DNA of 64,000 bases from Ignavibacteriales bacterium. Lineage in GTDB: Bacteria > Bacteroidota > Ignavibacteria > Ignavibacteriales > SURF-24. How positions within the stretch are numbered: position 1 is the first letter of the stretch; each line of letters starts with the position of its first letter. A program made the translations under genes and the position numbers. Below the pieces are notes generated by a model. The model saw nothing but the letters and a program-made list of their open reading frames with translations. It made no database searches and was not told the DNA's origin. Below are positions 16,904 to 26,680 of the stretch, piece after piece. The stretch lies in the NCBI GenBank assembly GCA_003599415.1, contig QZKB01000012.1, positions 2,041-66,040 of the forward strand. Direction: 5' to 3'.

Positions 16904-19900
16904 TTAAGTTAGAAATCTGACAAGTCCTCCAAAGTGACTATCAACTTTGAAGTGGAATTTCTTAAAAAAGTCTGTAAGATAAAAGTGGGTTGTTACTACT
17001 TTGTAACCTTTAACCGTCAACCGGTTGCAGAAATCCTCCAGTATATTTCCGCCAATGCCTCTTCCTCTGAATGGGGAAGCAAGCACAATTCCTTCTAAGT
17101 GCGCTATACCTTCATCAATTTCCCTGTAACATATACCGCCAATTATATTTTCAACTGATTCGTTTTCCAGTACAATCAAAAAACTATCTTCGGCTTTAAT
17201 GTTGGCAGGATAATCATCAAGAATGTATAACCTGTAAAGACTTGCTACTTCAAACGGTGAAAGAGCTTCTCTTATTACTAATTCTCCACCTTGTCCATCG
17301 GGAATATTTGTTTTAATGATTACGCTTTTAGTGTCCTCTTCTCCAACGGGCGTCAATTCCATTTTAACCGGATAAGATGTTTCTGGAAAAATCATTTTGC
17401 TGAATATAGTACGTTCGTCCTCGTTCTGTAAGCAATCCTGGAGTTCGGATAATTCAACAAATTGAGTTGCCGGATCATTTGGATGATGAGACATAACTCT
17501 TATTAATTTTTCAAAGCTGTCTTTCACTTCTGTGGATGATTTCCTGAAGTAGGTCTTCCTGTAAAACTCAAACCTTATTATTTCGGGAAATCTCTCAAGG
17601 TGATAAATCCAGTAAAGCTTTTTTATAAATTGTTCTTTAGCATCGCTTGTAGAAGATTGGTTTTCGGTAAGCCATTCATTATATCTTTCAATTGCTGCAA
17701 GCAGAGAAATATTTAAATAAGTTTCATCTTCAATTCGTTTTAAATAGCTTTCAAGTTCTTTTGTCAAATTAAGTTCATTGTAATTCTCCCTGGAATCTTT
17801 AAGCAGAGATAATAATTCCTTCAGTAGCAAAATGGCTTCATCTTTATCAAATGCTTCCATGAAAGAATCAAACAGCCAATCAATTTTTACAATACCACGA
17901 ACAACAGGGTAATGATTTATAGTCTGCAAAAAGAAATTATGCACAATAGGATCAATCAGAGAAAGTAAGTTTTTATATTTGCTATAACCCGATAAGGATA
18001 AAATCCTTGGATTCTCTTTGATATCAGATTCCGGTACTGCAACATTGCTCGGAGAAATATTGCCGGGAACAATTTCTCTTCCGCTGTTTTGCCAGGCGCG
18101 TAAAAATCCCGTTACACCTCGTACAATTAATATTTTCCACCTGAGAATATTTTTATCCGAAATTGATTTTTCTTTACTTGAGGAATACTCGCGGATTTTC
18201 TCCCATACATTCAATTCATTTATATAATCAAGAGAAGCTGAACCAAGCGAAGTTCTGAAATTACCGAAACGCGGAAGAACGGGGCTGCCGGTTGGATAAC
18301 CTGACATTCTTATCATCCAGTAAATCTGTTCCCGGATAGCCACCTGGTTGATGTCATCTTTTACCAGCAGCATTATATCGTAATGCTTGTTTGTTGTTGT
18401 GTTGATGCTGATCCTGTATAGAAAAACATTATGTGAGGAAATAATTTTGGAAATCCATATACCCTTATTTGTAACTGATTTCAGATTGAACTTATCTTCA
18501 TCATAAATAAGAAGAAGTGATTCCTTAAGAAATGTGGTTGTATATAAAGTTTTCTTGATTCGTTCAGTTTCATCCTTTGAAATTTCATCCTGGAAAATAA
18601 TTTTATCATCCCAGTTTTTTTGTTCCTTCTCAAAGGGAGTTAATTCAAAAGTCGATTCGAACCAAATAGCAAGCTGGTTAAACAATTCCTGCGCATATGC
18701 TGCAATAGAAGGTTCTTTCCTGTGCAGAATCCAGCTTATAAGTTCTTCCCGCACAACGCCGTAGTTGTTTCTGTTCTGTTTCGCAAAAGCAACAAGCAGG
18801 TCAAGAATTTTTTTAAATTGATTTACAGAAATACCCGAAACCGGCCATCTCAATTTTGTCCGGTAGGTCTCCAGTCTTTGTCTTAGAGCTTCCAATCTTC
18901 CTTTTTCAATATTGCTCTTGCAGATTATCTCGATACTTTTCTTATCAAGGAATGGCAAGCCGGAATTAATAAATGCGGGAAGATACTTGCTGTAATCTAA
19001 TCTTGGCTGATCAAATAATAAAATTCTGTAAGCAATGCTCCGTATGTCAAATTCGGGATGAAGAGCAAGCGTTTCAAGTCTTCTTCGTATCAGGTATTTC
19101 AGCCTGAAGTTTTCGGTATTCAGGAGTACTTCAAATTTTTTAACTGCAGTAAGAGAAGCTTCTTTACTGCCAAACAAAGCTTCCATCACTGTTTGATTGA
19201 TGCTTTTTAGTTTCTCATCAATCTTGAAATTAAAGTCATCAATCCTTGGTTTATTTCCCGTGATAAGGAAAACCTGCGTTGAGATGTTTTCAATTTCGGT
19301 ATCCCAACCGTCTTTACATTGAGCGAAATTAATTAATTGCGGATTACCGATCCACAATAGAGGATGCCGGATGAAGAGACCAAGGTCAATCTTATCATCA
19401 TTGGTAATATATTCAAGGTCGCCAATTTGAATTCTATCTGCCCGGTAATTCTTTTTGATTGCCAAGAGTGTTTTATTTACGCCGTTAAAAATTCCATCCT
19501 TCTGAATATGTAAATCGTATTCTGTAATTCCTAAATCCCTTATTAACCATCGGGGAATAAGAATCTTTATTTCTCCGGTTTTAAGTTCTACATTCTTATA
19601 CTTGTAAAGTTTGCTGATCTCTGATGAGTAATGTTCGGATATTACTTTTCTTTTATAGGTGCCCTTGGAAGTCAGTTCGCCTTTTGTCTCTTCAAAGTCT
19701 CTCTCTAAAATTGTAAAGTCAATTATCCTTTCGTATGAGGCGAGGTTTGAATTGGCCGTGGAGATAATCGGCAGGAAATATTCAATAACTTTTTTCTTTG
19801 CAAGCGTCTTTTTAAGAACCGGTTCATTATAATCCGGAACAATTAAAAGAGTATTATAAGACTGACCATCTCCAACAAGGAATGTCCTTTTAATTCCGGG

Positions 19901-21463
19901 AACCGATTCAAAAAGTTTTTCAATTTTTTGTGGGGCAATGGTTTGTCCCTTTGTGTTTTTGTAAATGTCTTTAACTCTGTCAACAATAAACAAAAAACCA
20001 TTTTCATCCTGTTTAAATAGATCACCTGTTTGCAGCCATTCTTTGTTAATGTTTATTTCCAGGTCGTCAAGGTACTTTGCAACATATACACCGGATATTT
20101 CAAGTTCCTGTTTTTCATTAAACCTGATTTTAATTCCCGGCAATGGAATGCCGACCGAGTCTTTAACATATTCTCCTGGTGGAGTCATGCTTATTCCGCC
20201 GGTAGCTTCGGTCATTCCAAATCCGCTGCAAAGTTGTACATCATTTTCATTAAAGAAGGTAAACACTTTATGATCGAGATAACCGGCTGCTGATAAGCCC
20301 CACCTTAATTTAGTGCCAACGATGCTTTGCAAAAGTTTTTTGTCTTTGGTTCTGGCAGACTTTGCAAGAAATTTTTCTCTTATCTGTACCCATCTTAAAG
20401 GAATACTTATCAAACCGGTAGGATTTAATTTCTGCATTAACATTATCAAAGTTTCTGCAGAAGGATTTCCCGCGAAAGCATAAGTGCCGCCCCAGAAAAT
20501 CATTCCCATTAATTCAAGGTATCGTCCAAACGTATGATAAAGCGGTAGATAACACAACAATAATTCATCATGACCAACATCAGGAAGAGCGGCTGCGCGT
20601 GCAAATCGTTTTGTAATCAGGTTGTAAATTGAATAGACCACACCTTTTGCATTCCCGGTGCTTCCTGAAGTAAACATAACAGTAGCAGGTTCATTAAGTG
20701 CAAGACGTTTTCTTTTTAGAAGAAGCTGCTCTGTTAAATTAACATCGAGCTTTGCAATGGACTTTTCTAATTCAAGTACTTCCAGTTTATCCTTTAACTT
20801 TTCATTACCTGTATAAATTATTGTAAAGCTTAATCCTTCTTTTTCTTTCAGGTTAAGTAGTCTTGATAACCTGACATCATCATCAGTTACTGCAATGTTT
20901 ATTTTTAACCGGTTAAAAATGTCAGCTAAGGTATCAACATTGAAGTGGACATTAAGCGGTGTATCAAGAATATCGTACATAAGGCAGGCAATATCGCAGC
21001 TGGCAGAGTCTAATGAGTTGTCCATAAAGATAGCCACACGCGGTTCAGATTCAATTGAAAAGAAAAGAGAAGCGATTTGCCTTGTACGTCTTTCAACCCA
21101 TTTATAACTAAAGTTGAAAACCTTTTCACCATTGATTGTTTTGAATAAAGGTTTGTCAGGGTGGGCGTTTACTCTTTGTTCAAACAAATCAAGAAAATTA
21201 AAGTTTATTTTTTTTATAATTTGGAAAGTAACATCTGCCCACCTGTAGCGGCTTTGCCTGTCCGGTAGTGAATTAAGAAATTCCGGCTTTCTTGTTACAT
21301 CAAGGAATGTACGCAGAAAATTTATATCGTTGGATTGCAAATTATTTTGTAAAACAGATTCTGCTTCGGAGAGTATTTCCAGAGCTTTTTCAGGATCTAT
21401 CTTTGTTGCATTGTTTATTATTTCAAAATCCTGTTCAAAAGAATATATATTCGTACTGGTCAT
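16904..21463 (-). CDS. Giant fusion: AMP-forming acyl-CoA synthetase-like (ANL) domain, ~770-aa unknown core, and C-terminal GNAT acyltransferase
   Basis: ANL motifs are TSGSTGNAKG (res 265-274), YHTFG, GFGMTEATG, TGD..DRVKD and KGTYKRK. The GNAT tail has ...LASPFRGRGIGGNILEDF... at res ~1460-1480. It is a single uninterrupted 4560-nt ORF. Confidence 0.85.
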   Translation of the reverse strand: MTSTNIYSFEQDFEIINNATKIDPEKALEILSEAESVLQNNLQSNDINFLRTFLDVTRKPEFLNSLPDRQSRYRWADVTFQIIKKINFNFLDLFEQRVNAHPDKPLFKTINGEKVFNFSYKWVERRTRQIASLFFSIESEPRVAIFMDNSLDSASCDIACLMYDILDTPLNVHFNVDTLADIFNRLKINIAVTDDDVRLSRLLNLKEKEGLSFTIIYTGNEKLKDKLEVLELEKSIAKLDVNLTEQLLLKRKRLALNEPATVMFTSGSTGNAKGVVYSIYNLITKRFARAAALPDVGHDELLLCYLPLYHTFGRYLELMGMIFWGGTYAFAGNPSAETLIMLMQKLNPTGLISIPLRWVQIREKFLAKSARTKDKKLLQSIVGTKLRWGLSAAGYLDHKVFTFFNENDVQLCSGFGMTEATGGISMTPPGEYVKDSVGIPLPGIKIRFNEKQELEISGVYVAKYLDDLEININKEWLQTGDLFKQDENGFLFIVDRVKDIYKNTKGQTIAPQKIEKLFESVPGIKRTFLVGDGQSYNTLLIVPDYNEPVLKKTLAKKKVIEYFLPIISTANSNLASYERIIDFTILERDFEETKGELTSKGTYKRKVISEHYSSEISKLYKYKNVELKTGEIKILIPRWLIRDLGITEYDLHIQKDGIFNGVNKTLLAIKKNYRADRIQIGDLEYITNDDKIDLGLFIRHPLLWIGNPQLINFAQCKDGWDTEIENISTQVFLITGNKPRIDDFNFKIDEKLKSINQTVMEALFGSKEASLTAVKKFEVLLNTENFRLKYLIRRRLETLALHPEFDIRSIAYRILLFDQPRLDYSKYLPAFINSGLPFLDKKSIEIICKSNIEKGRLEALRQRLETYRTKLRWPVSGISVNQFKKILDLLVAFAKQNRNNYGVVREELISWILHRKEPSIAAYAQELFNQLAIWFESTFELTPFEKEQKNWDDKIIFQDEISKDETERIKKTLYTTTFLKESLLLIYDEDKFNLKSVTNKGIWISKIISSHNVFLYRISINTTTNKHYDIMLLVKDDINQVAIREQIYWMIRMSGYPTGSPVLPRFGNFRTSLGSASLDYINELNVWEKIREYSSSKEKSISDKNILRWKILIVRGVTGFLRAWQNSGREIVPGNISPSNVAVPESDIKENPRILSLSGYSKYKNLLSLIDPIVHNFFLQTINHYPVVRGIVKIDWLFDSFMEAFDKDEAILLLKELLSLLKDSRENYNELNLTKELESYLKRIEDETYLNISLLAAIERYNEWLTENQSSTSDAKEQFIKKLYWIYHLERFPEIIRFEFYRKTYFRKSSTEVKDSFEKLIRVMSHHPNDPATQFVELSELQDCLQNEDERTIFSKMIFPETSYPVKMELTPVGEEDTKSVIIKTNIPDGQGGELVIREALSPFEVASLYRLYILDDYPANIKAEDSFLIVLENESVENIIGGICYREIDEGIAHLEGIVLASPFRGRGIGGNILEDFCNRLTVKGYKVVTTHFYLTDFFKKFHFKVDSHFGGLVRFLT

Positions 21464-21494
21464 TGGCTTCCGGCTTTCTTTACCCGTAATAATA

Positions 21495-22700
21495 ATGATT
21501 ATGAAATTGAAAATCTTCTTATTAATTTTCGGCGAAATTAACAGATGTTTGCCAACTAAACAAAATGATGAGGGATTTAGTTTGAAAAATAAACGCCTGC
21601 TTTTTATAGACCTGCTTCGCGGCTGGGCTTTACTTGTAATGATTGAAGTTCACGTCTTTAATGCATTCCTTAAACCTGAAATAAAATTACAATCCTGGTT
21701 TGGTTATCTTAACTTTATAAACGGATTGGTAGCGCCCTCATTCCTTTTTATATCCGGTTTTGCATTTATGATAGCAAGCCAGAGAAAACTTGAGGACTTC
21801 AGGAAATATGGTTATGCATTCTGGCGGCAGATAGGCAGGATATTACTTATATGGGGAGTCGGATACTCATTACACATTCCATTTTTATCACTCCATAAGA
21901 TGCAGACAAGAGTAGAACCGGAAATGTGGCGACAGTTTTTTGCCGTGGATGTTTTACAATGTATCGCATTCGGATTGCTGCTTATGTTTGTCTTAAGATT
22001 GCTGATAAAGTCCGATAAAATTTATAACCTTGTAATTGTTGTGCTTGGAATTATAAGTGCGGTTGTTGCTCCTTTCATTGAACATATTGATTTCTCTCTG
22101 TATATGGCAAAGCCAGTAGCAGCATATATAAATTCGTTTAACGGTTCATTGTTTCCTCTTTTTCCATGGCTGGGATTTATGCTTGCCGGTGGAATTGCAA
22201 GCTCTCTTTATTCTAAAGCAAAGGAGGGGAATTACGAGGAAAAGTATTTAAAACAGACTTTGTATGGTTCGCTCGTTGTTCTTGTGATATCATATGCGTT
22301 GTTATATATTCCGGCTATTGGAGATTTCAAACCGAGTCCTGTCTTTTTTCTTGAAAGACTTGCAATAGTGTTATTGTTAATGGTTGGTTTACGCTATTAT
22401 GAACTTTGGAGGAAAACAGAGAAATCTTTTGTCCTTGATGTGGGCAGGGAATCGCTTCTTATTTACTGGCTGCATCTGCAGGTTATCTACAGGAAATTCT
22501 GGGATGACAAGAGTATGGAGAATATTATCAACTTCAGTATGAATGTTCTTGAAGCAATCGGCTCAACTTTGTTATTGGCATTTCTTATGGTAATTGCAGC
22601 TAAAATCTGGGGAGCATTTAAAAAACGTTATAAGAAAACATCGCAGTACATTGTTGCAGCGGTTGTGATTGGAGTAATTGGATATTTCTTTCTGATGTGA
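21495..22700 (+). CDS. DUF1624/heparan-alpha-glucosaminide N-acetyltransferase-like polytopic membrane acyltransferase
   Basis: RLLFIDLLRGWALLVMIEVHVFNAF N-terminal signature and about 10 TM helices. The start is moved to the ATG at 21495 to avoid overlapping the divergent giant ORF. Confidence 0.65.
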   Translation: MIMKLKIFLLIFGEINRCLPTKQNDEGFSLKNKRLLFIDLLRGWALLVMIEVHVFNAFLKPEIKLQSWFGYLNFINGLVAPSFLFISGFAFMIASQRKLEDFRKYGYAFWRQIGRILLIWGVGYSLHIPFLSLHKMQTRVEPEMWRQFFAVDVLQCIAFGLLLMFVLRLLIKSDKIYNLVIVVLGIISAVVAPFIEHIDFSLYMAKPVAAYINSFNGSLFPLFPWLGFMLAGGIASSLYSKAKEGNYEEKYLKQTLYGSLVVLVISYALLYIPAIGDFKPSPVFFLERLAIVLLLMVGLRYYELWRKTEKSFVLDVGRESLLIYWLHLQVIYRKFWDDKSMENIINFSMNVLEAIGSTLLLAFLMVIAAKIWGAFKKRYKKTSQYIVAAVVIGVIGYFFLM

Positions 22701-22731
22701 GCCCTTTGCAGAAAACGAGAATTAATAGTTT

Positions 22732-22763
22732 GATTGCTCAATTGTTAGATTGTTTAATTGTTG
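22732..22763. repeat. 2 x 16-nt tandem repeat (gattgctcaattgtta / gattgtttaattgttg)
   Basis: Read directly from the sequence. There is an underlying 8-nt periodicity of (g/a)attg(c/t)tN. Confidence 0.8.
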
Positions 22764-22862
22764 GTAAAAAAAACAGATTAACAAATAAACAAGAAAGCAG
22801 TAAATCCATATTGAATTAAGGTGGTTTACTTTGTAAATTAATCCTGAGAAAAGAAGGTGTAA

Positions 22863-23349
<487 letters not shown>

Positions 23350-23360
23350 TATCAAAAAGA

Positions 23361-24317
23361 TTATTTCTGCTCTAACCCAAAACTTTTATATAAAGCTGAA
23401 TCATACTCTTGCAATAATCTTTCAAATAATTCTTTAACGGTAGGAATATCTTTAATAAGTCCGGCACCCTGACCAGCTTCCACCATTCCTTCTTTTTCGT
23501 CTCCTTCAAAAATTCCAAGCATCTCTCTTTTTCTGCCAAGCATTTCTTTTAATTGAATTTCATCTGCACAATTCCTTTCGGTTTCCAGTACTCTGGTTAC
23601 GAAATCATTTTTAATTGCCCGTACAAGTCCAATCTTTTTGAAGAACAGTGCAGTAGAGTTATCGCCGGATTCTACGACTTTATTCTTATAGTTTGGATGA
23701 GCTGATGATTCTTGTGTAACTGCAAAACGAGTCCCAATCTGTACACCTTCCGCACCCAATGCCAGAGCGGCCAGGATGCCTCTGCCGTCTGCAATTCCTC
23801 CTGCAGCAATAACAGGAATTTTTACAGTATCAACTAATTGAGGAATTAAAGAAAAGGAAGTTAGTTCATCTGCACCGTTATGGCCGCCTGCTTCAACACC
23901 TTCACCAACAATTGCATCACAGCCAACACTTTCTGCTTTTAGCGCCTGCTTAACTGAAGATACAACGTGAACAACGACCAATTGTTTCGCCTTAAATATT
24001 TCGATGTGTCTACCCGGATGTCCCGCAGAAGTGAAAACTATTTTTACATTTTCATCTATGGTGGTTTTAATAAGTTCTTCAGCGTCACCTCTAAGCAGAG
24101 GAATGTTCACACCAAATGGTTTATCAGTTGCTGCTTTACACTTTTGAATATGCTCTTTAAGCAATTCAGGTTTCATTGAGCCGGAACCGATTAAACCAAT
24201 TCCACCACAATTTGAAACTGCTGAAGCTAATCTCCATCCTGAAACCCAGACCATTCCAGCCTGAATGATAGGGTACTCAATTCCAAACAAATTTGTTAAA
24301 CGGTTTCTGATGTGCAT
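23361..24317 (-). CDS. FMN-dependent nitronate monooxygenase / FabK-like enoyl reductase family (NPD)
   Basis: YPIIQAGM..VS...LA.AVSN.GG.G, VIAAGGIADGRG and GA.GVQ.GTRF motifs. Confidence 0.8.
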   Translation of the reverse strand: MHIRNRLTNLFGIEYPIIQAGMVWVSGWRLASAVSNCGGIGLIGSGSMKPELLKEHIQKCKAATDKPFGVNIPLLRGDAEELIKTTIDENVKIVFTSAGHPGRHIEIFKAKQLVVVHVVSSVKQALKAESVGCDAIVGEGVEAGGHNGADELTSFSLIPQLVDTVKIPVIAAGGIADGRGILAALALGAEGVQIGTRFAVTQESSAHPNYKNKVVESGDNSTALFFKKIGLVRAIKNDFVTRVLETERNCADEIQLKEMLGRKREMLGIFEGDEKEGMVEAGQGAGLIKDIPTVKELFERLLQEYDSALYKSFGLEQK

Positions 24318-24430
24318 ATAAATAATAATTTTGTTGTTGAGTTAAAATAAAGAAATTTATTTAATTGAAGGAGTTTTAGATTAAAACAGAATATACTTTT
24401 TGAAATTGAAATCAGGCTCTGTTAAAGTTA

Positions 24431-25318
24431 TTATCTTAGAAGCACCATCTTCTTTGTTTGTGAGTAATCAGAAAACCTGATATTATAAAAATATATTCCC
24501 GAAGAGACATCGTTACCAAGATAGTCTTTACTATCCCATATAGCAGTGCAACTACCTGTAGTTTTATATTCGTTTACCAGTGTTCTTATTTCTCTTCCAA
24601 GAATATCAAGAATTATTAATTCAACATTACAGGCTTCCGGTAAATCAAATTTTATTGCTGTAGTTGGATTAAATGGATTTGGAAAATTATCATACATCTT
24701 AAACGAGGAAATTTTCGAATCAGAATTACTATTCACAGATGTTGATGTAGAGTAAGAAGATAATGTCCAGGTTCTTACACCAAAGTAACTATCTGAAATA
24801 AATTTAATCAGTCCAACATCTTTTGCGAGCCAGGAATCGAGAGCTCCGGCATCCATACATTTTTTTATGTGATAAAAATGAAAACACTGAGTGAAATTTT
24901 CTACAAATGTTGAAACCGTGTCTTCTCCACCATAAAAAACAGTACTTGAACCATAATTGCATATATAATCCGGGTGTATTGTCAATCTATCCCCAACATT
25001 TGCATTTAGAATGAAGATAGGGCTTTCGTTCCTGTGATTAACAGTATCCAATGTGTAGACCGTATCGTTAGATACTCTGAAAAAGGTAAGGTAATCTGAA
25101 TCATTTATTCGCATTCCATAGTAAAATTTTCCGTCAAATCTTGCTATAGCAACTATTTCTTTATTTACAGTAATTGTTTTGTAAGTATAAGTCCAGCGGT
25201 AACCAATTTTCAGTGGGAAATAACCAGATGGCACTTCATCAATCTGAGCAAAATTTTTTGATAGAATGAATAACGCAGTAATTAGAAAAGATAAAAACAA
25301 GATCCACTTGATTTTCAT
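24431..25318 (-). CDS. Secreted protein with T9SS C-terminal sorting domain
   Basis: Signal peptide. C-terminal NFPNPFNPTTAIKF...GIYFYNI...MVLLR tail. Confidence 0.7.
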   Translation of the reverse strand: MKIKWILFLSFLITALFILSKNFAQIDEVPSGYFPLKIGYRWTYTYKTITVNKEIVAIARFDGKFYYGMRINDSDYLTFFRVSNDTVYTLDTVNHRNESPIFILNANVGDRLTIHPDYICNYGSSTVFYGGEDTVSTFVENFTQCFHFYHIKKCMDAGALDSWLAKDVGLIKFISDSYFGVRTWTLSSYSTSTSVNSNSDSKISSFKMYDNFPNPFNPTTAIKFDLPEACNVELIILDILGREIRTLVNEYKTTGSCTAIWDSKDYLGNDVSSGIYFYNIRFSDYSQTKKMVLLR

Positions 25319-25595
25319 ACTAAACCTCCCAAAGGTATGAGACTTAACAACATTTCTTCCCTTTGAACAAAACTATCAGTATTTCATTGCTTAATTAAAA
25401 ACATATTTCAAATACCCGTCAGGAAAATGTAAAATAAAACAGCTACTTTCAAGGAATAATTTTGATCAATCAACAGAATTTTTTTCCCGCCAATACTGTT
25501 ATAGTATATATTTCTGAAGGCTTACTTTGGTTTGATATTAGTAACCCTTTTTCTTAGTTTTAATTCGATTTTTTTCAAAAAATAACGGGATATGG

Positions 25596-26573
25596 ATGAG
25601 AGCAATAATACCGGTAGCAGGATTTGGAAGCAGACTTAAACCGCACACTTACTCTATACCGAAGGTGCTGCTTAACGTCGGTGGAAAACCAATTATTGGT
25701 CATATAATCGAGAAGCTTATCCATGAAGGTATCTATAAAGCTACTTTCATAATCGGGCATCTCGGTGAAATGATTAAGGATTATATTTCCAAAACTTATC
25801 CTGACCTGCAGGCAGATTTTGTTGAGCAAAAAGAAATGCTTGGACTTGGACATGCAATTTATGTTTCAACTCCAACATTTGACGAAAAAGAGATTTTTAT
25901 AATTCTTGGTGATACTGTATTTGATGTTCAGTTAACAGAAGTATTTAAGAATAAACAATCTGCGCTTGGAGTTAAAATGGTTGAAGATCCAAGCAGGTTT
26001 GGCGTTGCTGTTGTTGAGAATGGATTCATTACAAAATTAGTTGAGAAGCCGAAAACTCCGGTCTCTAAACTTGCACTTGTTGGACTTTATTACATTTCAG
26101 ATGCGGGTAAGCTTGTTAAAGCTTTGAACGAACTCGTTGAGAAGGATATAAGAACCAAAGGTGAATTGCAGCTTACTGATGCTCTTCAGATTATGATTGA
26201 GTCAGGTGAAAAATTAAAAACTTTTCCTGTTGAAGGTTGGTACGACTGCGGTAAACCGGAAACATTACTAACAACTAATCAGCATATTTTAGAACAGGAT
26301 CATATTCATATTGATTTGAAAACTGTGTTGATTAATCAGCCGGTTTATATTGCTCCGAGTGCAATCGTGTCCAACTCAGTTATTGGACCGTTTACTACAA
26401 TTTCAGAAGGATGTGTAATTAAAGATAGTGTGATTAGAAATTCAATTATCGGGGATAATGCAAGAGTTGAGAAGGCAATGCTTGAAGCATCGATAATTGG
26501 TAACTCAGCAACAGTAAAAGGAAATTACCAGAGATTGAACGCCGGTGATTCATCGGAAATAGAATTTAATTAG
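25596..26573 (+). CDS. Sugar-phosphate nucleotidyltransferase with C-terminal left-handed beta-helix
   Basis: MRAIIPVAGFGSRLKP...PK.LL N-terminal NTP-transferase loop and a hexapeptide-like C-terminus (VIGPFTTISEGCVIKDSVIRNSIIGDNARV). Confidence 0.8.
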   Translation: MRAIIPVAGFGSRLKPHTYSIPKVLLNVGGKPIIGHIIEKLIHEGIYKATFIIGHLGEMIKDYISKTYPDLQADFVEQKEMLGLGHAIYVSTPTFDEKEIFIILGDTVFDVQLTEVFKNKQSALGVKMVEDPSRFGVAVVENGFITKLVEKPKTPVSKLALVGLYYISDAGKLVKALNELVEKDIRTKGELQLTDALQIMIESGEKLKTFPVEGWYDCGKPETLLTTNQHILEQDHIHIDLKTVLINQPVYIAPSAIVSNSVIGPFTTISEGCVIKDSVIRNSIIGDNARVEKAMLEASIIGNSATVKGNYQRLNAGDSSEIEFN

Positions 26574-26575
26574 AG

Positions 26576-26640
26576 AAGGCGAAATCCGCCAAGGCGGATT
26601 GGCTAAGGATTTTTCCTAAGCCTCAGCCTTAGACTTAGCC
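26576..26640 (+). repeat. GC-rich structured island upstream of metK
   Basis: AATCCGCC-aa-GGCGGATT palindrome (26583-26600). GGCTAAGG (26601-26608) has three possible partners downstream (cctaagcc, ccttag, cttagcc). Confidence 0.6.
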
Positions 26641-26680
26641 TTTACAAGAGTGTTTATTAACAAATTCAAGGAATAATTTA

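Noticed and set aside
21330-21494. Upstream extension of the DUF1624 ORF (track start 21330), which would overlap the 5' end of the divergent 1519-aa gene by about 130 nt.
   Set aside because: The extension has no family-like sequence. The conserved N-terminal signature (RLLFIDLLRGWA) lies well downstream, and the ATG at 21495 removes the overlap.
26574-26680. A specific call of a SAM-I, SAM-II or SAH riboswitch upstream of metK.
   Set aside because: I could not find the conserved cores I remember, such as the SAM-II AAAGCU triplex strand or the SAM-I four-way junction elements. It is kept only as a low-interest structured leader to be tested with Infernal.
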